The notes under the pieces: generated by a model | The model's input: the letters and a program-made list of their open reading frames with translations, nothing else | Database searches by the model: none | Told to the model about the DNA's origin: nothing | In this document: one piece after another, positions 12,472 through 25,575 of the stretch | Layout: each line of letters starts with the position of its first letter | Numbering within the stretch: the first letter of the stretch is position 1 | Made by a program: the position numbers and the translations under genes | Assembly (NCBI GenBank): GCA_951406725.2 | Contig: OX597829.1 | Span: 54,002,001 to 54,066,000, forward strand | From: Octopus vulgaris | Taxonomy: Eukaryota | Direction: 5' to 3' | DNA length: 64,000 nucleotides

Positions 12472-13149
12472 TTTTTTGTGATGTTTTTGCAGCTTTAATA
12501 ATAATAAAGCATATTACTCTACCTCCGGTATTCAAGTACTACTTTTTCTCACCCGGTTTCAGATTTACATGCTTACTCTGGTATATATTTTTATATATAG
12601 TTTTTCTTAACCACAAAGCTACACGGTATGGTTAAGAAGTTTGTTTCTCAACCACAGGGTTTCAGATTCAGTCCCACTGTGTGGAACTTTGGGCAAGTGT
12701 CTTCTACTATAGCCCTGGGCTAACCAAAGCCTTGCATGTGAATTTGGTGGGCAAAAGCTGAAAGAAATCCATCACATTCATGTGTGTGTGTATGTGTGGC
12801 TCCTTGCCTTGACATTGCATGATTATTGCAAAAGCATGTCTGTCTGTAGGGAAATATTACCTTGTTTAGCAACAAGAAGAAAAAAATCTACTTCAATAAA
12901 CTTCATCTGTCCCAAGCAAGCATTAAAAGGTGAAAATTAAAACAATGACAACACACACGCACATTGAATTACCAGCCTCCATAACTACCATAATTTCAAT
13001 GCATGTTTTGCTGTGAATGGTTGAGTCTTTCACAGCACTCATTTCAATAATCAGTCGGCTTCTTCATCATCTCCTCCACAAGCTGTGGCACCTTCAGGTC
13101 ACTTTTCACTTGATTCCGAGTTTTCCTTGGTCTCCTACTTCCATGAGCT

Positions 13150-13560
13150 CCACTAATTTGGAGCACTTGACACATCCTTATACAGCGATCATCCTCCATT
13201 CACATCTCATGCCCATACCAACCGCCTTCTCTCTTGCACATTGTACTTAGTTTTTCTCTCGGCTGGTTTGTACCCTGGCGCTTATGCACAACTAATATTA
13301 CACAACCACAGAGCATACTTCATTTCTTTCCAACCTTCACAAGTCTTTTACATTCAAAGCCTGTATCTCACTACCATGCAGAATTGCAAATTCTAACACA
13401 AGCATCATACAATTTGACCATCACTCTGAGAGAGGAAGGCCTTTGTTACCAGCAGTGTTAATAGCACCGTGAACTTTTGCCAACCTGTTCTTATTCTGGT
13501 TTCTATAATTCCAGAGCAATCACATCCACAGCTACTTATGTCAACAACAGAAACTATCAA
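13150..13560 (-). mobile_element. RTE LINE fragment (decayed)
   Basis: Reverse complement of the LSLRV.VKLYDACVRI.IL...RRLYG segment seen in the other RTE copies. Confidence 0.55.
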
Positions 13561-14399
13561 CTACTAAAATTGTGAGTGAACCAACCAGGCATTTAAGAGA
13601 CTAATTCGCTTAAATGCCCAGCTCTTAGTCATTATTTTGTATGTGGTCCTTCTGTTACCTACAAAGCCTGCTTTTTCCATCAAAGTGCCTCTAATTCCAC
13701 AATATCTCTGGTACATCCACAGCTTATACAGGGTACAACATATGGAGTTCCTATCTACTCTTTTTCTATATTGAGTCTATATTGAGTCCAACCATTTCCC
13801 TGGAAACACCAGGGTCGAAAATTCTTTACTGCTTGCCTTGGCCAAGTTTGAGGCCCCTTGATTGTAGGTTTTGTTTTCCCGTATGGAATACATACACATT
13901 TTTATTTACAAACTTGCTACCAATTCAAATATACTTGAGACATATTCAAACAAGAACGCCATTCGTTTATTTTGTCATGGAGAAAAATTCTGGCTGTAGA
14001 CAAAAAGGTGTAAACATACCAGGTCAATTCGGAGAGCCCTCACCTCACCCCCGACTACTGTTTTTGTTAACAGTGAGAATTTTTTCTTCGTGAAAATAAA
14101 TGTAGTGAACAGCCTTCTGGCGGTTTCGAATGCCTGAAGCGTATCTGAACTGGTGACATGTTTATATTTATTTATATAAATCACTTAGTGCTTCTAATCC
14201 ACACACACACACACATACATTATATATATATATATATAACAATATACATATGCACGCATTCATATATACATACATTTATGCCTTACCTAGTACCCTCAAC
14301 TCCTATAGAAGTCATAGGGGTACAGTTGTGACGTAAGGTGTGTCTTGGGCATCCTAAAACCTGGTGGAGCCCATCCTCCTATTGATTAAGAAAGAAAAA

Positions 14400-14520
14400 C
14401 TGACACTTTATTTATCGATCCCAAATGGATAAAAGGCAAAGTTGACCTCGGCGAGATTTGAACCCAAAGCACAGAGAACCGGAACGATTACCGCAAACCA
14501 ATATATTCAAAGCTTTAACG
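14400..14520 (-). mobile_element. Nin/Deu-domain-type SINE fragment
   Basis: Minus strand GGTTCAAATCTCGCCGAGGTCAACTTTGCCTTTTATCC..GATCGATAAATAA matches 49340-49400. Confidence 0.55.
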
Positions 14521-14598
14521 ACTGACAATCGGCTGCTCTACTCACACATACATACATACAAAACATACATACACATACGTATAGACACACACACACAC

Positions 14599-14670
<72 letters not shown>

Positions 14671-14877
14671 GTATATATATGGCGTGTGTATATATATGTG
14701 TGTGTGTGTGACACACCTATTACCAAATGTTAGTAAATAATGTTATACATAGACCCGAATGAAATAGTACAAATGACACAAGAATACTTCAAAATTGTAC
14801 ATTTTTGGGGGAAAATCTCCAAAAAAGCTGTGTGTATATAGCATAGAAACATGTTATTTTGTAGAAGATAGTTGTAC

Positions 14878-15217
14878 CTTCCAAACCATAATTTATTTCC
14901 ATGTTTATTACATCAAGGTGCTTGCAACAGCTTCTGCGACCACATTCATTATATTACACTTAATAATTGTCAAATGAAATATTAAAACAGTGGAAGGAGT
15001 TCGACCATACTTCAAAGAACTTTTGCTAAAAAAAGACACAAACGAATGGTTAGAATGAATATATTTTCAAGTTAATGGAAGAAGCCCATACAGTTCTGAA
15101 CACTACTTACCTCAATACAACTAGTAGATAGTATATCCTCTGAATATGTAGTATATATTTTCATAAGAACTATGTGTAATTCCTACTGGAAGTGTTGATG
15201 ATATTACAAAAGAGCAG
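14878..15217 (-). other. Two candidate exons (15111-15217 and 14878-15025) separated by a canonical 85-nt intron
   Basis: Intron 15026-15110 on the minus strand: GAG|GTAAGT ... TTCTAAC branch ... GTGTCTTTTTTTAG|. Upstream acceptor CTTCTACAG at 15218 and a further donor GAG|GTAAGG at 15690. No long ORF. Confidence 0.45.
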
Positions 15218-16355
15218 CTGTAGAAGATTGTTTATTTGTGTACGTAAATACACACTGACAACACACTTGGAATTGTGTGTTGGTAAATATTCATTCATGT
15301 GTACTTCTTATACACAGTTAGGTGTGTATCTGTGTATATAAATACAATGTGTATATATACACACATATATATATATGTGTGTGTATACACAAATATATAT
15401 TTGTATCTTTGAGTGTATGTGTGTATATATATATATGTTTATATATATATATATGCACGTATGTGTGTGTGTATATAGATATATATAGATGTATATTATA
15501 TATATATATATATATATAAGAAGAGAGAAGGAGAGAGAGTAGAGAAGAAAAGGGGGTAGGAAACTTAGATGTTGGGTAGTTAACAGTTATGTACCCCCCC
15601 GAATGCAGGTGCGTGTCTTTGGACGAAGTAGTAGACTAAAAGAAACAGAGGCAGTGAATGAGAGAAAAACGGAAGTCAAACTAGCCTTACCTCAAATTCT
15701 TACACTACTCTTCTTCCGTTCTTATAGAATATGTTTTCACCAATTTATAACTTGTATTTTCTTCTAGAATTTTTCATTTTAAATCATAAGACAATTAATT
15801 TTATAAAGACAGTTCAAAAAATTATTTTTATCATAGATATCCAAGCCATATGCCAAAAAGAGATATAGTTGCTCTTTAGCCCCAGGTCAACATGTTCAAG
15901 TAGAATTTATGACCAAAAGCTATAAACATCCTGTTTTCTTTTCCCCCTTTTTTTTTTGTTTTTGTCCCCCCGGAAGAATTCCAACTAACGTGTCATTCTT
16001 ATTTGAATCGACGGAGTATATTTTAAGAGAGTCTATCAATTAAATATCACCCTGGCAGGTTCGATATCGTTCCTTGTGCTTCTCCTGTCCTCACTGCTGA
16101 ATATTATCATTTTCCGGTCTAATAGTTGCCCAATTTCACTCAAAATGAAATTTAAATTTTAAGATAATCTTGGACTGTGAAAAAAAAAAAAAGGGCGGAC
16201 ACATTACAAAGTGTATAACCAAATATTGATGAAAACGAATGTTCAGATTGAATTTAATCTTAATTTAAGTATTTTTGGTCTGAAATCCAGAAATCGTGTA
16301 TCTAAACACTGTTCGTGGTGGGTTTTATGCAAAACTTGCCAATCTGTGGCTGTTC

Positions 16356-16407
<52 letters not shown>

Positions 16408-17472
16408 ATATATATATAGAGAAAAAAATATACACACACATCTATCTATTTGTAAATAGTGTGTGTGTGTAAATAGTGTGTATATATGTGTCTAAATATA
16501 TATAGTGTGTGTGTGTAAATAGTGTGTATGTATATAGTGTGTGTGTATATATGTGTCTATATATATAATGTGTGTATGTTTATAGTGTGTGTGTGTATAT
16601 GTGTTTGTATATATAGTGTGTTTATATATGAGTGTGTATGTTTGTGTTTATACTTTTGACATGTTTATTTTAATTTTAACGAGTGTCACAAATAAAACCT
16701 CTGGAATTCTTGTCTTCTCATTCCGATTGCAATTACAAAAAAATGACATTAACACTTCTAATAGTTTTGGAAATGGCATTCACATCACCTCTCATTCACA
16801 CACTCCAAAATAAAGCCATCGATAGAGCCTCTATGTCGTCGCGAAACCTGCCAGAAATAGCAGCCGAATCTTCCTCGACTCAAATTCTACCGACTTAGAA
16901 GAGGACACGTTGAATAATCAACCCTGGATTCCTCGCTCATGGGAAAGAAAAAGAACTAAGGGTCATGGATGGAATGCTATTGATAAGTTTACTCAGTCAG
17001 GCCTATCGTGGGGCTAAACAATATTACTCCACACAATGTACAAAAGTATTAACTTCATAATATTACTACACTATTGTCACTATTGGCAGTGAATACAGAA
17101 AACAAAATAATTTTTTTCAGTTTTATATGTAAAAGTTTTAGTAAAAAAATTTGTTCTCGCTCTGGTTAATTATAAAAAATTAATTTTTTTGTGCTAATTT
17201 AAAATCATGCCCGTTGTAGAATTCTACATTGAAGAGTACACAGCGAAACCCAAGGAAGCGTAGTAAATATTTATGAACAAGTGCTTGTCTCAATAATCAT
17301 ACACGCACCTTTCAAAACAATGGAAAGGAAAATGCGTTGTTTAATATTTAGATATCAATGAGCAATGACGAAAATACTGAAAATGAAAATATCTAAATAA
17401 ACCACACACACACACACATTTCACTTCCGCTATCTGTCTCTTTCTCTCTCATGCCCCCTCTCTATCTGTCTT

Positions 17473-17511
<39 letters not shown>

Positions 17512-17517
17512 CTGTTT

Positions 17518-17858
<341 letters not shown>

Positions 17859-18390
17859 ATATATATATATATATACGTCCAATTTTTCCCGTGATCACAA
17901 GAATTGAATGGAATTTGTTAAGGTGGATTTTCTACAGCCATATTCCCATTCCGGTGACAGAATGGGCATCTGATATTTCTTCAGGATCTAACATGTTTTT
18001 ACAGATGAATGGAAACAAAAAAACACTGTACCACCTGCATGGCAGAGACACACGTTTACAACTCATGTGATGCCGAGGCAAGGAGCTTGTAACACACATA
18101 CATACAACAGGTTTCTTTCAGTTGCTATCTACCAAATCCACTCACAAGGCCTTGTTCAAACCAGAGCTGTAGCAGAAGATGCCCAGAGTGTCACACGGCG
18201 AGGCTGTACATAGAACCACGTTATTGGAAAGCAAACTTGTTATCCTACAGCCATGCACACACACACACAGAGTTGTAAGAAGAATACAACTAATGACAAC
18301 CATGGAAAATAATCTTATTGAAAGTAATGCAACTGTAGGACAACTGATAATTGTCCCTCTAATGATAGCTGTAGATTAAAAAATATCTAT

Positions 18391-19072
18391 ACGTAAAAGC
18401 ACCATCCGTTCGTGGCCGTTTGCCAGCCCTGTCTGGCCCCTGTGTCGGTGGCACGTAAAAGCACCATCCGTTCATGTTCGTTGCCAGCCTCGCCTGGCAC
18501 CCGTGCCGGTGACATGTAAAAGCACCATCCGTTTGTGGCCGTTTGCCAGCTCTGTCTGGCCCCCGTGCCGGTGACACGTAAAAGCACCATCCGTTTGTGG
18601 CCGTTTGCCAACCCTGTCTGGCCCCCGTGTCGGTGACATGTAAAAGCACCATCCGTTCGTGTCCGTTGCCAGCCTCGCCTGGCCCCCGTGCCGGTGACAT
18701 GTAAAAGCACCATCCGTTTCGTGGCCGTTTGCCAGCTCTGTCTGGCCCCCGTGTTGGTGGCACGTAAAAGCACCATCCATTCGTGTCCATTGCCAGCCTC
18801 GCCTGGCCCCCGTGCCGGTGACACGTAAAAGCACCATCCGTTCGTGGCCGTTTGCCAGCTCTGTCTGGCACCTGTGCGGGTGGCACGTAAAAAGCACCCA
18901 CTACACTCACGGAGTGGTTGGCGTTAGGAAGGGCATCCAGCCGGAGAAACACTGCCAGATCTGACTGGGCCTGATGAAGCCTTCCAGCTTCACAGACCCC
19001 AGTTGAACCGTCCAACCCATGCTAGCATGGAGAACGGACGCTAAATGATGATGATGAGGATGATGATGATGA
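18391..19072 (+). mobile_element. RTE-type 3'-end repeat with an expanded ~61-bp minisatellite (about 8 units, 18391-18897)
   Basis: Repeating CGTAAAAGCACCATCCGTT.GTGGCCGTTTGCCAGC....CTGGCCCC.GTGCCGGTG.CA, followed by the family 3' end and a GAT tail. Confidence 0.85.
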
Positions 19073-20559
19073 TATAAATGTACTGTCCTTAATAAATCCC
19101 AGATCTAAACTAAAATATTTTAAGCATCAATTTTTAGCACATCTTGGCTCATTTGCCCTTGCAAATTATGAAACTCCTATCTCACCAGCTAACCATATAC
19201 CCCTTTACTAGAAAAATAGCATTGCCTGCAGGAAAGCTTTAACAGGTTATCAGGGCTCCTAAGAGATCAATACAATAAAAGGATCTGTCAAAATCTTAAA
19301 GTGTCATCCCCATTACCTTTTCAACTGCCAAAGTAAAGCTCTTACCATTTGTGTTCATTGGTTCTTTAAAACATTCTGATTTTTCCATAGATCAGTATGC
19401 CATGCCTTGAATAGGCATAACATTTTGCCTGCCCACCTGGCAGGTAGGGCTTGTAATTACCTTTTCTTATTTTTATTCATTGTTACTTCTAAGTCATCAT
19501 CATTATCATCAGCATCTAACACCTGTTTTCCATGCTGGCATGGGTTGAACAATTTGACAGGAGCTGGCAAGTCGGAGACTTGCACCAGGTATTACTGTCT
19601 GTTTGGCAGGGTTTTTACAGCTGGATGCCCTTCCTAATGATAAATACCTTACAGAGTGGATTGGATGCTTTTTATGTGGCACCAACACTGGCAAGGTCTA
19701 TTTTGGCATGGGTTTTACAGCTGGTTGTTCTTCCAAACACCAAACACTTTACAGTGTGGATTGGATGCTTTTGACAAGGCACCACCAGGGTTATCGAGTA
19801 ACTCACAAGACAAAGATCATTTGAGAAGGGGTGGGCATTGGACGAGTGGCCTTGTGCCAGGTGATGAGCAGTTAGAGCGTGACAAATGGACTAAAACAGG
19901 TGTGTTGCTGTAACATGGTTATGACAGTCAAAGGGAGAAAGAGACAGACAGATGATCATGAATGAGTGTGGAAGAGAGTGAGAGTGAAAGAGAGAGAGAG
20001 AGAGCAAGGGTGAGAGAGTAAGGAAATGAGAATATAAATGTGATGGTTGAGTATTACCAAAAATGTAATTGTTACTCTACCCCTGGGCTACTTGTGCCTT
20101 CCTTCCTCAATCAGGCTCAAACTGTTGGATTTCATATCAACATGCTTGATTTAATGTCTCCATTAAATTTATGACCTTTTCCCCTTAACCAGCCGTTGTC
20201 ATTCTAGAAATACATACACATATCATTTAACATATTCTTCTCTTATCTCAGCATATTTTTTTCTCCTTTTCACGTCTAACCATATCTCCTTTATTTTTAA
20301 TTTATTTGTACTCACCACCCTTAGCCCAGATCACCTGCCCTATACAAAGCCTTCATAGCTATTCTATTCTTTAATCATTTCTTCATTTTCTCTCCCACAC
20401 CTAAATTTTACCTTTGTCCCTCACCTTTTCCCAATTTTAAGGCCACAATATTCTTCCAATCTTCCCCACTTCTCCCTTCATTTCCTATACCCTCCTATTA
20501 ACCATCTCACACCTATAGATTCTATCTCGCCTATCTTTATCATTGCCAACCATCGAGTA

Positions 20560-20780
20560 CAATGATTCTCAACCATTTTTTGTCTACAGAACCCCTTTCA
20601 TTTCTACTGGAGCATCATGGCCATTCAATGTTTCAAAAAATTCTATTATATTTTCATAATTAAATATTAGGAATTGTACAGAAAAATTGATAAAATAGTC
20701 TGTGTATTATAGAAATATAACCAATTTATTGCTGGTGACTTTTAACAAAATCATATATGAATCCTGGTTGAGAATCACTA
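20560..20780. mobile_element. hAT-Charlie-like MITE
   Basis: TIR-like ends CAATGATTCTCAACC / GGTTGAGAATCACTA. Confidence 0.6.
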
Positions 20781-20876
20781 ATGTAGTATATTTGACCAAT
20801 GTATCTTCCTCACCCTGTGGAACTGTAGATATTTACATCTTTCCTGAGACATTCTATTTCCTCTGCTGCCCTACAA

Positions 20877-20960
20877 GACATTCTGATGACGGGATGAGTT
20901 GCAAGTGATGCACATTCTGCACCTGATTATACAAACTACCCTAGAAACAACTGTAAAGTG
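20877..20960 (+). ncRNA. Degenerate hammerhead-like motif
   Basis: CTGATGA (20883), then GGGATGAGTT...AACTACCC (imperfect long stem II), then GAAAC-AACT-GTA, one change from palindromic ACAGCTGT. Stem I is weak and AATAAA lies downstream. Confidence 0.4.
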
Positions 20961-21315
20961 CTGTCAACACATTTCTTTTCAATCAATAAAATATTTTCCC
21001 ACTAGTGATACTATGGACTTTACTTACCTATCAAATTTCCTATCCTAAAACCAAGGTGCTACATAACAAAACATTGATGCTGGTGCTATGCAAGAAGCTT
21101 TGTACTGGTTCCACATGAAAAGCACTGTTGCTAGGACCTTTGGAGATATTTCTGTGATTGAGAAGACCTGACAACTAAAGTGAGATCACAGAAAAACACT
21201 GGCACTGATGCCATGTAAAAAGTAACGATTACGGTGCCATATAAAAGCACTGGTGGTGATACCATGTAAAAAGCACCCAGTACACTCTGTAATGTGACTG
21301 GGATTAGGAAAGGCA

Positions 21316-21691
21316 TCTTCTCTCTATATATAAACGGCAGTTTGTCTGTGTGTGTTTCTGTGTGTCTGTTAGGTTGTACCCTCACCCTGACCACGGCTTT
21401 CAACCGATTCTGATGAAACTTGACACACACATAGCCCAATGTCATAATTCAAAACTAACGCAGCGAAAATTTTGAAAAGTTCCCCCAGTTCTGAAAAAAA
21501 ATCGATAAATTCGACATGGGGTCGAGAATCAGAAACACAAACCACAGACTGTCTAGGGGACGCAACTCCACCTTTTTAACTCTCAAAAAAATTTACCATC
21601 ATTTTTTTCCCATTTTTTGGCTATAACTATCTAAAAATGCTTTATAGTTATTTCCCTTACAAACCCGAGTAACGCCGGGCAATACTGCTAG
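21316..21691 (+). mobile_element. Non-autonomous Helitron
   Basis: 5' TC, 3' hairpin CCCGAGTAACGCCGGG then CTAG. Inserted between A and T of the host GGCA|TC with no TSD. The host RTE-type repeat resumes at 21692. Confidence 0.85.
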
Positions 21692-21979
21692 TCTGGCTAT
21701 AAAAACGAAGCCAAAACAGACTATGGAGCCTGGTGCAACCCCTGGTCTTGCCACATCCCATCAAGCTGTCCAATCCATGCCAACAAGGAAAACTGACATT
21801 AAATGAATGATGATAATGATGAGGAGAAGGGAGAGGATGATCTAAGTCAACTCAAATTATTTTCTGTCTCATCTTGTCTGCATCTGAATCATTATGATCT
21901 TTCCCCTTTTGGGTCTTTCCTGGTCTTCTTTGTCTATGCCCCTCTCCCCACCACCACGACTGCTCTTCCTAAAACTCCT

Positions 21980-22762
21980 CCCTCATCATCGTTTAATGTC
22001 CGTTTTCCATGCTGGCATGGGTTGGACGGTTCGACCAGGGTCTGGGAAGCCAGGAGGCTGCACCAGGCTCCAGTCTGATCTGGCAGTGTTTCTACAGCTG
22101 GATGCCCTTCCTAACGCCAACTACTCCGCGAGTGTAGTGGGTGCCTTTTACGTGCCACCTGCACAGGGGCCAGGGGAGTCTGGCATCGGCCACGATCGGT
22201 TGGTGCGTTTAACGTGTCACCGGCACGATAGATAGATATACACTCACACCAGAGAAAGCGCATAAATGTGAAATAAGGTGGAAGAAAATAGTTCTTGAAT
22301 ACAGCTTTCTTAATAAAGTATACATAGAGAGGCAACGACAGGAGACTGGGACCTTTGGAGATATTTCTGTGATTGAGAAGACCTGACAACTAAAGTGAGA
22401 TCACAGCCATGCACATCCGGCCCTGTTAAGAATACCCTTGATGCGTCGGGCGATATGATATGCTTGAGAAGACCTGTTGAGTCAAGTGAAACCAATATCG
22501 TAGCTGCGGCCAGTGCCCCCTGACTGGCCTCTGTGCCAGTGGCACATAAAAAGTACTACATGTACATGGCCGATGACAGTACCCCCACACTGGCTCCCGT
22601 GCTAGTGGCATTTAAAAAGAACCCATTACACTCTCAGAGTGGTCGGCGTCAGGAAAGGCATCCAGCTGTAGAAGCCTTGCCAGATCAGATTGGAGTCTGG
22701 TGCAGCTGCTGGCTCTCCAGACTTCAGTCAAACAATCCAACCCATGTCAGCATGGAAAACGA
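21980..22762. mobile_element. Two RTE-type 3'-end repeats in opposite orientation (21980-22230 minus; 22345-22762 plus)
   Basis: Family motifs on both strands. A short reversed PLE 3' end lies between them (about 22248-22305). Confidence 0.7.
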
Positions 22763-23140
22763 CTGGAAAGCAAACCCTTCATTTTCCCTGCAACTTGTAT
22801 CCCTTACCATTCTGTCAAAAGACAATGTTTATTGTGACCACTCTAACCACAACATTTCATGTCTTTGTACAGTATTAAAAAAAATTTTTTTTAATCTTTT
22901 TCTTTTTAGTTCATGTCTCCTCTGCCATTCCTCGGCAGCTTCCAGATTATACTGAGACTAACAAATTGAACAATACTGAAATTATGATGATATTTAGACA
23001 ACAATGGATGAGAGGTAGAGGATTTTTGGATTTGCCTGTGTATATGTGTGTGTATGTTTTTTTCTTTTCTCTTTTACTGCAAATTTTTTCGTCATCCCTC
23101 TGTGCTACCTTTCATAATTTTATGTATGTACATATGTACG

Positions 23141-23188
<48 letters not shown>

Positions 23189-23829
23189 TTGTGTGTGTGT
23201 GTGCGCGTGTGTTTGTGTGTGTGTGTGCGTGTGTAGTTATTTATTCGCTGATTGATTTATATAAAATAATTGATTCAGAATGTGAAATTAGTGAGAAAAA
23301 GACTTCTGCTTGTTTAGCTGTTTGATTCTGAGTGATAAGCGTCCGAGTACAGTTTGTTTTATTGGTAGTTCAGCTCACATAATGAGATTGGCAGCTTACA
23401 ACTGGGAGGTAACTTCAGCAAAGTGGGACGGATTACTCTCCCTTTGTTCTACTTCAAGATTCTAATGATTAAAATTTCAGTAAAATTTTTTCTCAGATGA
23501 AATTTTCGATGAAGCAATTATATTGTTTACGCAGGCAAATATGAAATCTTCAAAATGTGTTGATATCTCCCTGGTTTGTAAACCACACGCATACACACAC
23601 ACACAAGATATATATATTTATATACATACATATCTTTTATCTTTTACATCTTTCAGTCATTTGACCGCAGCCTTGTTGGAGCACCGCCTTGAAGGGTTTT
23701 AGTCGAAGAAATCGATCCTAAGACTTATTTTATCAGTCTCTTCTGCTGAACTGCTAAGTTACGGACACATAAACACACCAGCACTGGTTTTCAAGTAGCG
23801 GTGGTGGGGACAAACACAGACACACAAAG

Positions 23830-25050
23830 TGTGTGGGAGAGAATCGTGACGTCATAAGAGAGAAATGTGTCTGCATGGATGATGGCTCACTTGCATTTAG
23901 TGATGCTGCAAAGAGAGAGACTTGGAGACGCTACTATGAAAGGTTGCTCAAAAAAGAGAATGAATGGGAGAAAGAAAGTCTGCTGAATGTTGACCCAACA
24001 GAAGGACCAGCTATTCCAATTGACAGTACCTTGGTAGATAAAGCAATTAAGGGCATGAAGACAGGGAAAGCCTCCGGCCTATCAGGAATCACTGCTGAGA
24101 TGTTTAAAATATCTGGTGGTGTAGGCCAGTGCTACTCAAAGTGGTGGTCCGCAGACCAGTGCTGGTCCGTGAGCCATCAACTGCCGGTACGTGGCAAGTT
24201 TCCAGAAAAGAAAGAAACATTATAAAATGCTTATGTAATATTGTATTATTTGTTTACAATATGAATATAAGATTAAAAATTGTCAACTTTTATTATATTC
24301 ATTATATATAATGTTTCTGGTATAAATTGCTGAGGACATATGTAGGCTTGAAAGAAATGAAGCTAGTATGCTCCACTGGACATACAATGTCAGTGTGTAT
24401 ACACGACAGAGTGTAAACGCCCTGGGAGAAAAGTTGGACATAAGCAGCATCAGATGTGGTATGCAAGAGAGACAACTGTACTGGTATGGTCCTGTGTTGC
24501 ATATGGATGAGGACAGCTGTGTGAGGAAGTGTCACACCCTAACAGTGGAAGGAATCTGTGGAAGAGGTACACCCAAGAAGACATGGGATTTGGTGGTGAA
24601 GCACAACTTTTGAACGTTGGGCCTCATAGAGGCAATGACAAGCAACCAAGACCTTTGGAGATATGCTGTGCTTGAGAAGACCCAGAAATCCAAGTGAGAT
24701 TATAGCCATCGCCAATGCCAGTGTCCCATAACCGGCCCATTTTAAAGTTACCCTTCCATCGTCAAGCAATATGCTGAGCTTCAAAAGACTTGTTGAGTCT
24801 AGTGAAATCGTAGTCGTGGATGATGCCAGTGCTGCCTGACTGGCACCTGTGCCACTGGCAAGTAAAAAACACCATTTGAGTGTGGCTGATGCTAGTGCCT
24901 GTGGCATGTATAAAGTACCATTTGAGCATGGTCGATGCCAGTGCTACTTGACTGGGTCCCATGCCAGTGGCACACAAGAAGTACTATTTAAGCGTGGTCA
25001 AGCCCAATGCCACCTGACTAGCCCCTGTACTGGTAGCACGTAAAATGCAC
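23830..25050 (+). mobile_element. RTE LINE remnant with internal deletion, a MER5-like insertion at about 24127, and 3'UTR repeats
   Basis: CVCMDDGSL...ETWRRYYERLL...VDKAIKGMKTGKASGLSGITAEMFK is the RTE EN-RT linker. Then the ORF C-terminus (QERQLYWYG...GRGTPKKTW) and the 3'UTR. CAGTGCTACTCAAAGTG marks the hAT insertion. Confidence 0.8.
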
Positions 25051-25418
25051 CACTGCCACCAACAACAACAACATCTCCATCCCTCTCTCTCATCCTCTTT
25101 TTCTCTCACTGTCTTCTCCTCCACAGCTTCTCTACCCTCTTAACACCCCAACACCCTTTCTCATCTTCCCTCTCCAACTAACCTGCGCACCGCTCCCATC
25201 CCAATCTCCTTCAGTTACAATCTTAGGATTCCTCTCCACTTTAGACTCTTCCTCCTTTCCTGTCTCCTCTCCCTCATGCCTTCTGTCCATACTCACTCCT
25301 TATATAACGTTTGGCAACCCTAGAACACCCCATACCCTTACACAACTCACCCTATCACTTTTTCCACCCTACCCCTCTTTTTTTTCTCAACTCTTCCCTC
25401 TCTCCTGTTTCCTGTCAT

Positions 25419-25575
25419 CAGGGGTAGACTGAGCTGTCAGTCAGTCAATCACTGCCCTAGAGCCCAGAGCTCTGAGGGGCCTGAACTCTAATGTTAACTC
25501 TACTAAAACACATATTCAAAGGGGCCCAGTAAACAGTTATGCCCAAGGGCCCTTAATACTCTCAGTCTACCCTTA
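25419..25575. mobile_element. hAT MITE
   Basis: TIRs CAGGGGTAGACTGAG / CTCAGTCTACCCTTA. 8-bp TSD CCTGTCAT / CATGTCAT. Confidence 0.8.

Noticed and set aside
18359-19015. 218-aa repetitive ORF / CRISPR-like periodicity
   Set aside because: It is a tandem minisatellite in a retroelement 3'UTR, open in several frames. There are no unique spacers and no cas genes, and the context is eukaryotic.
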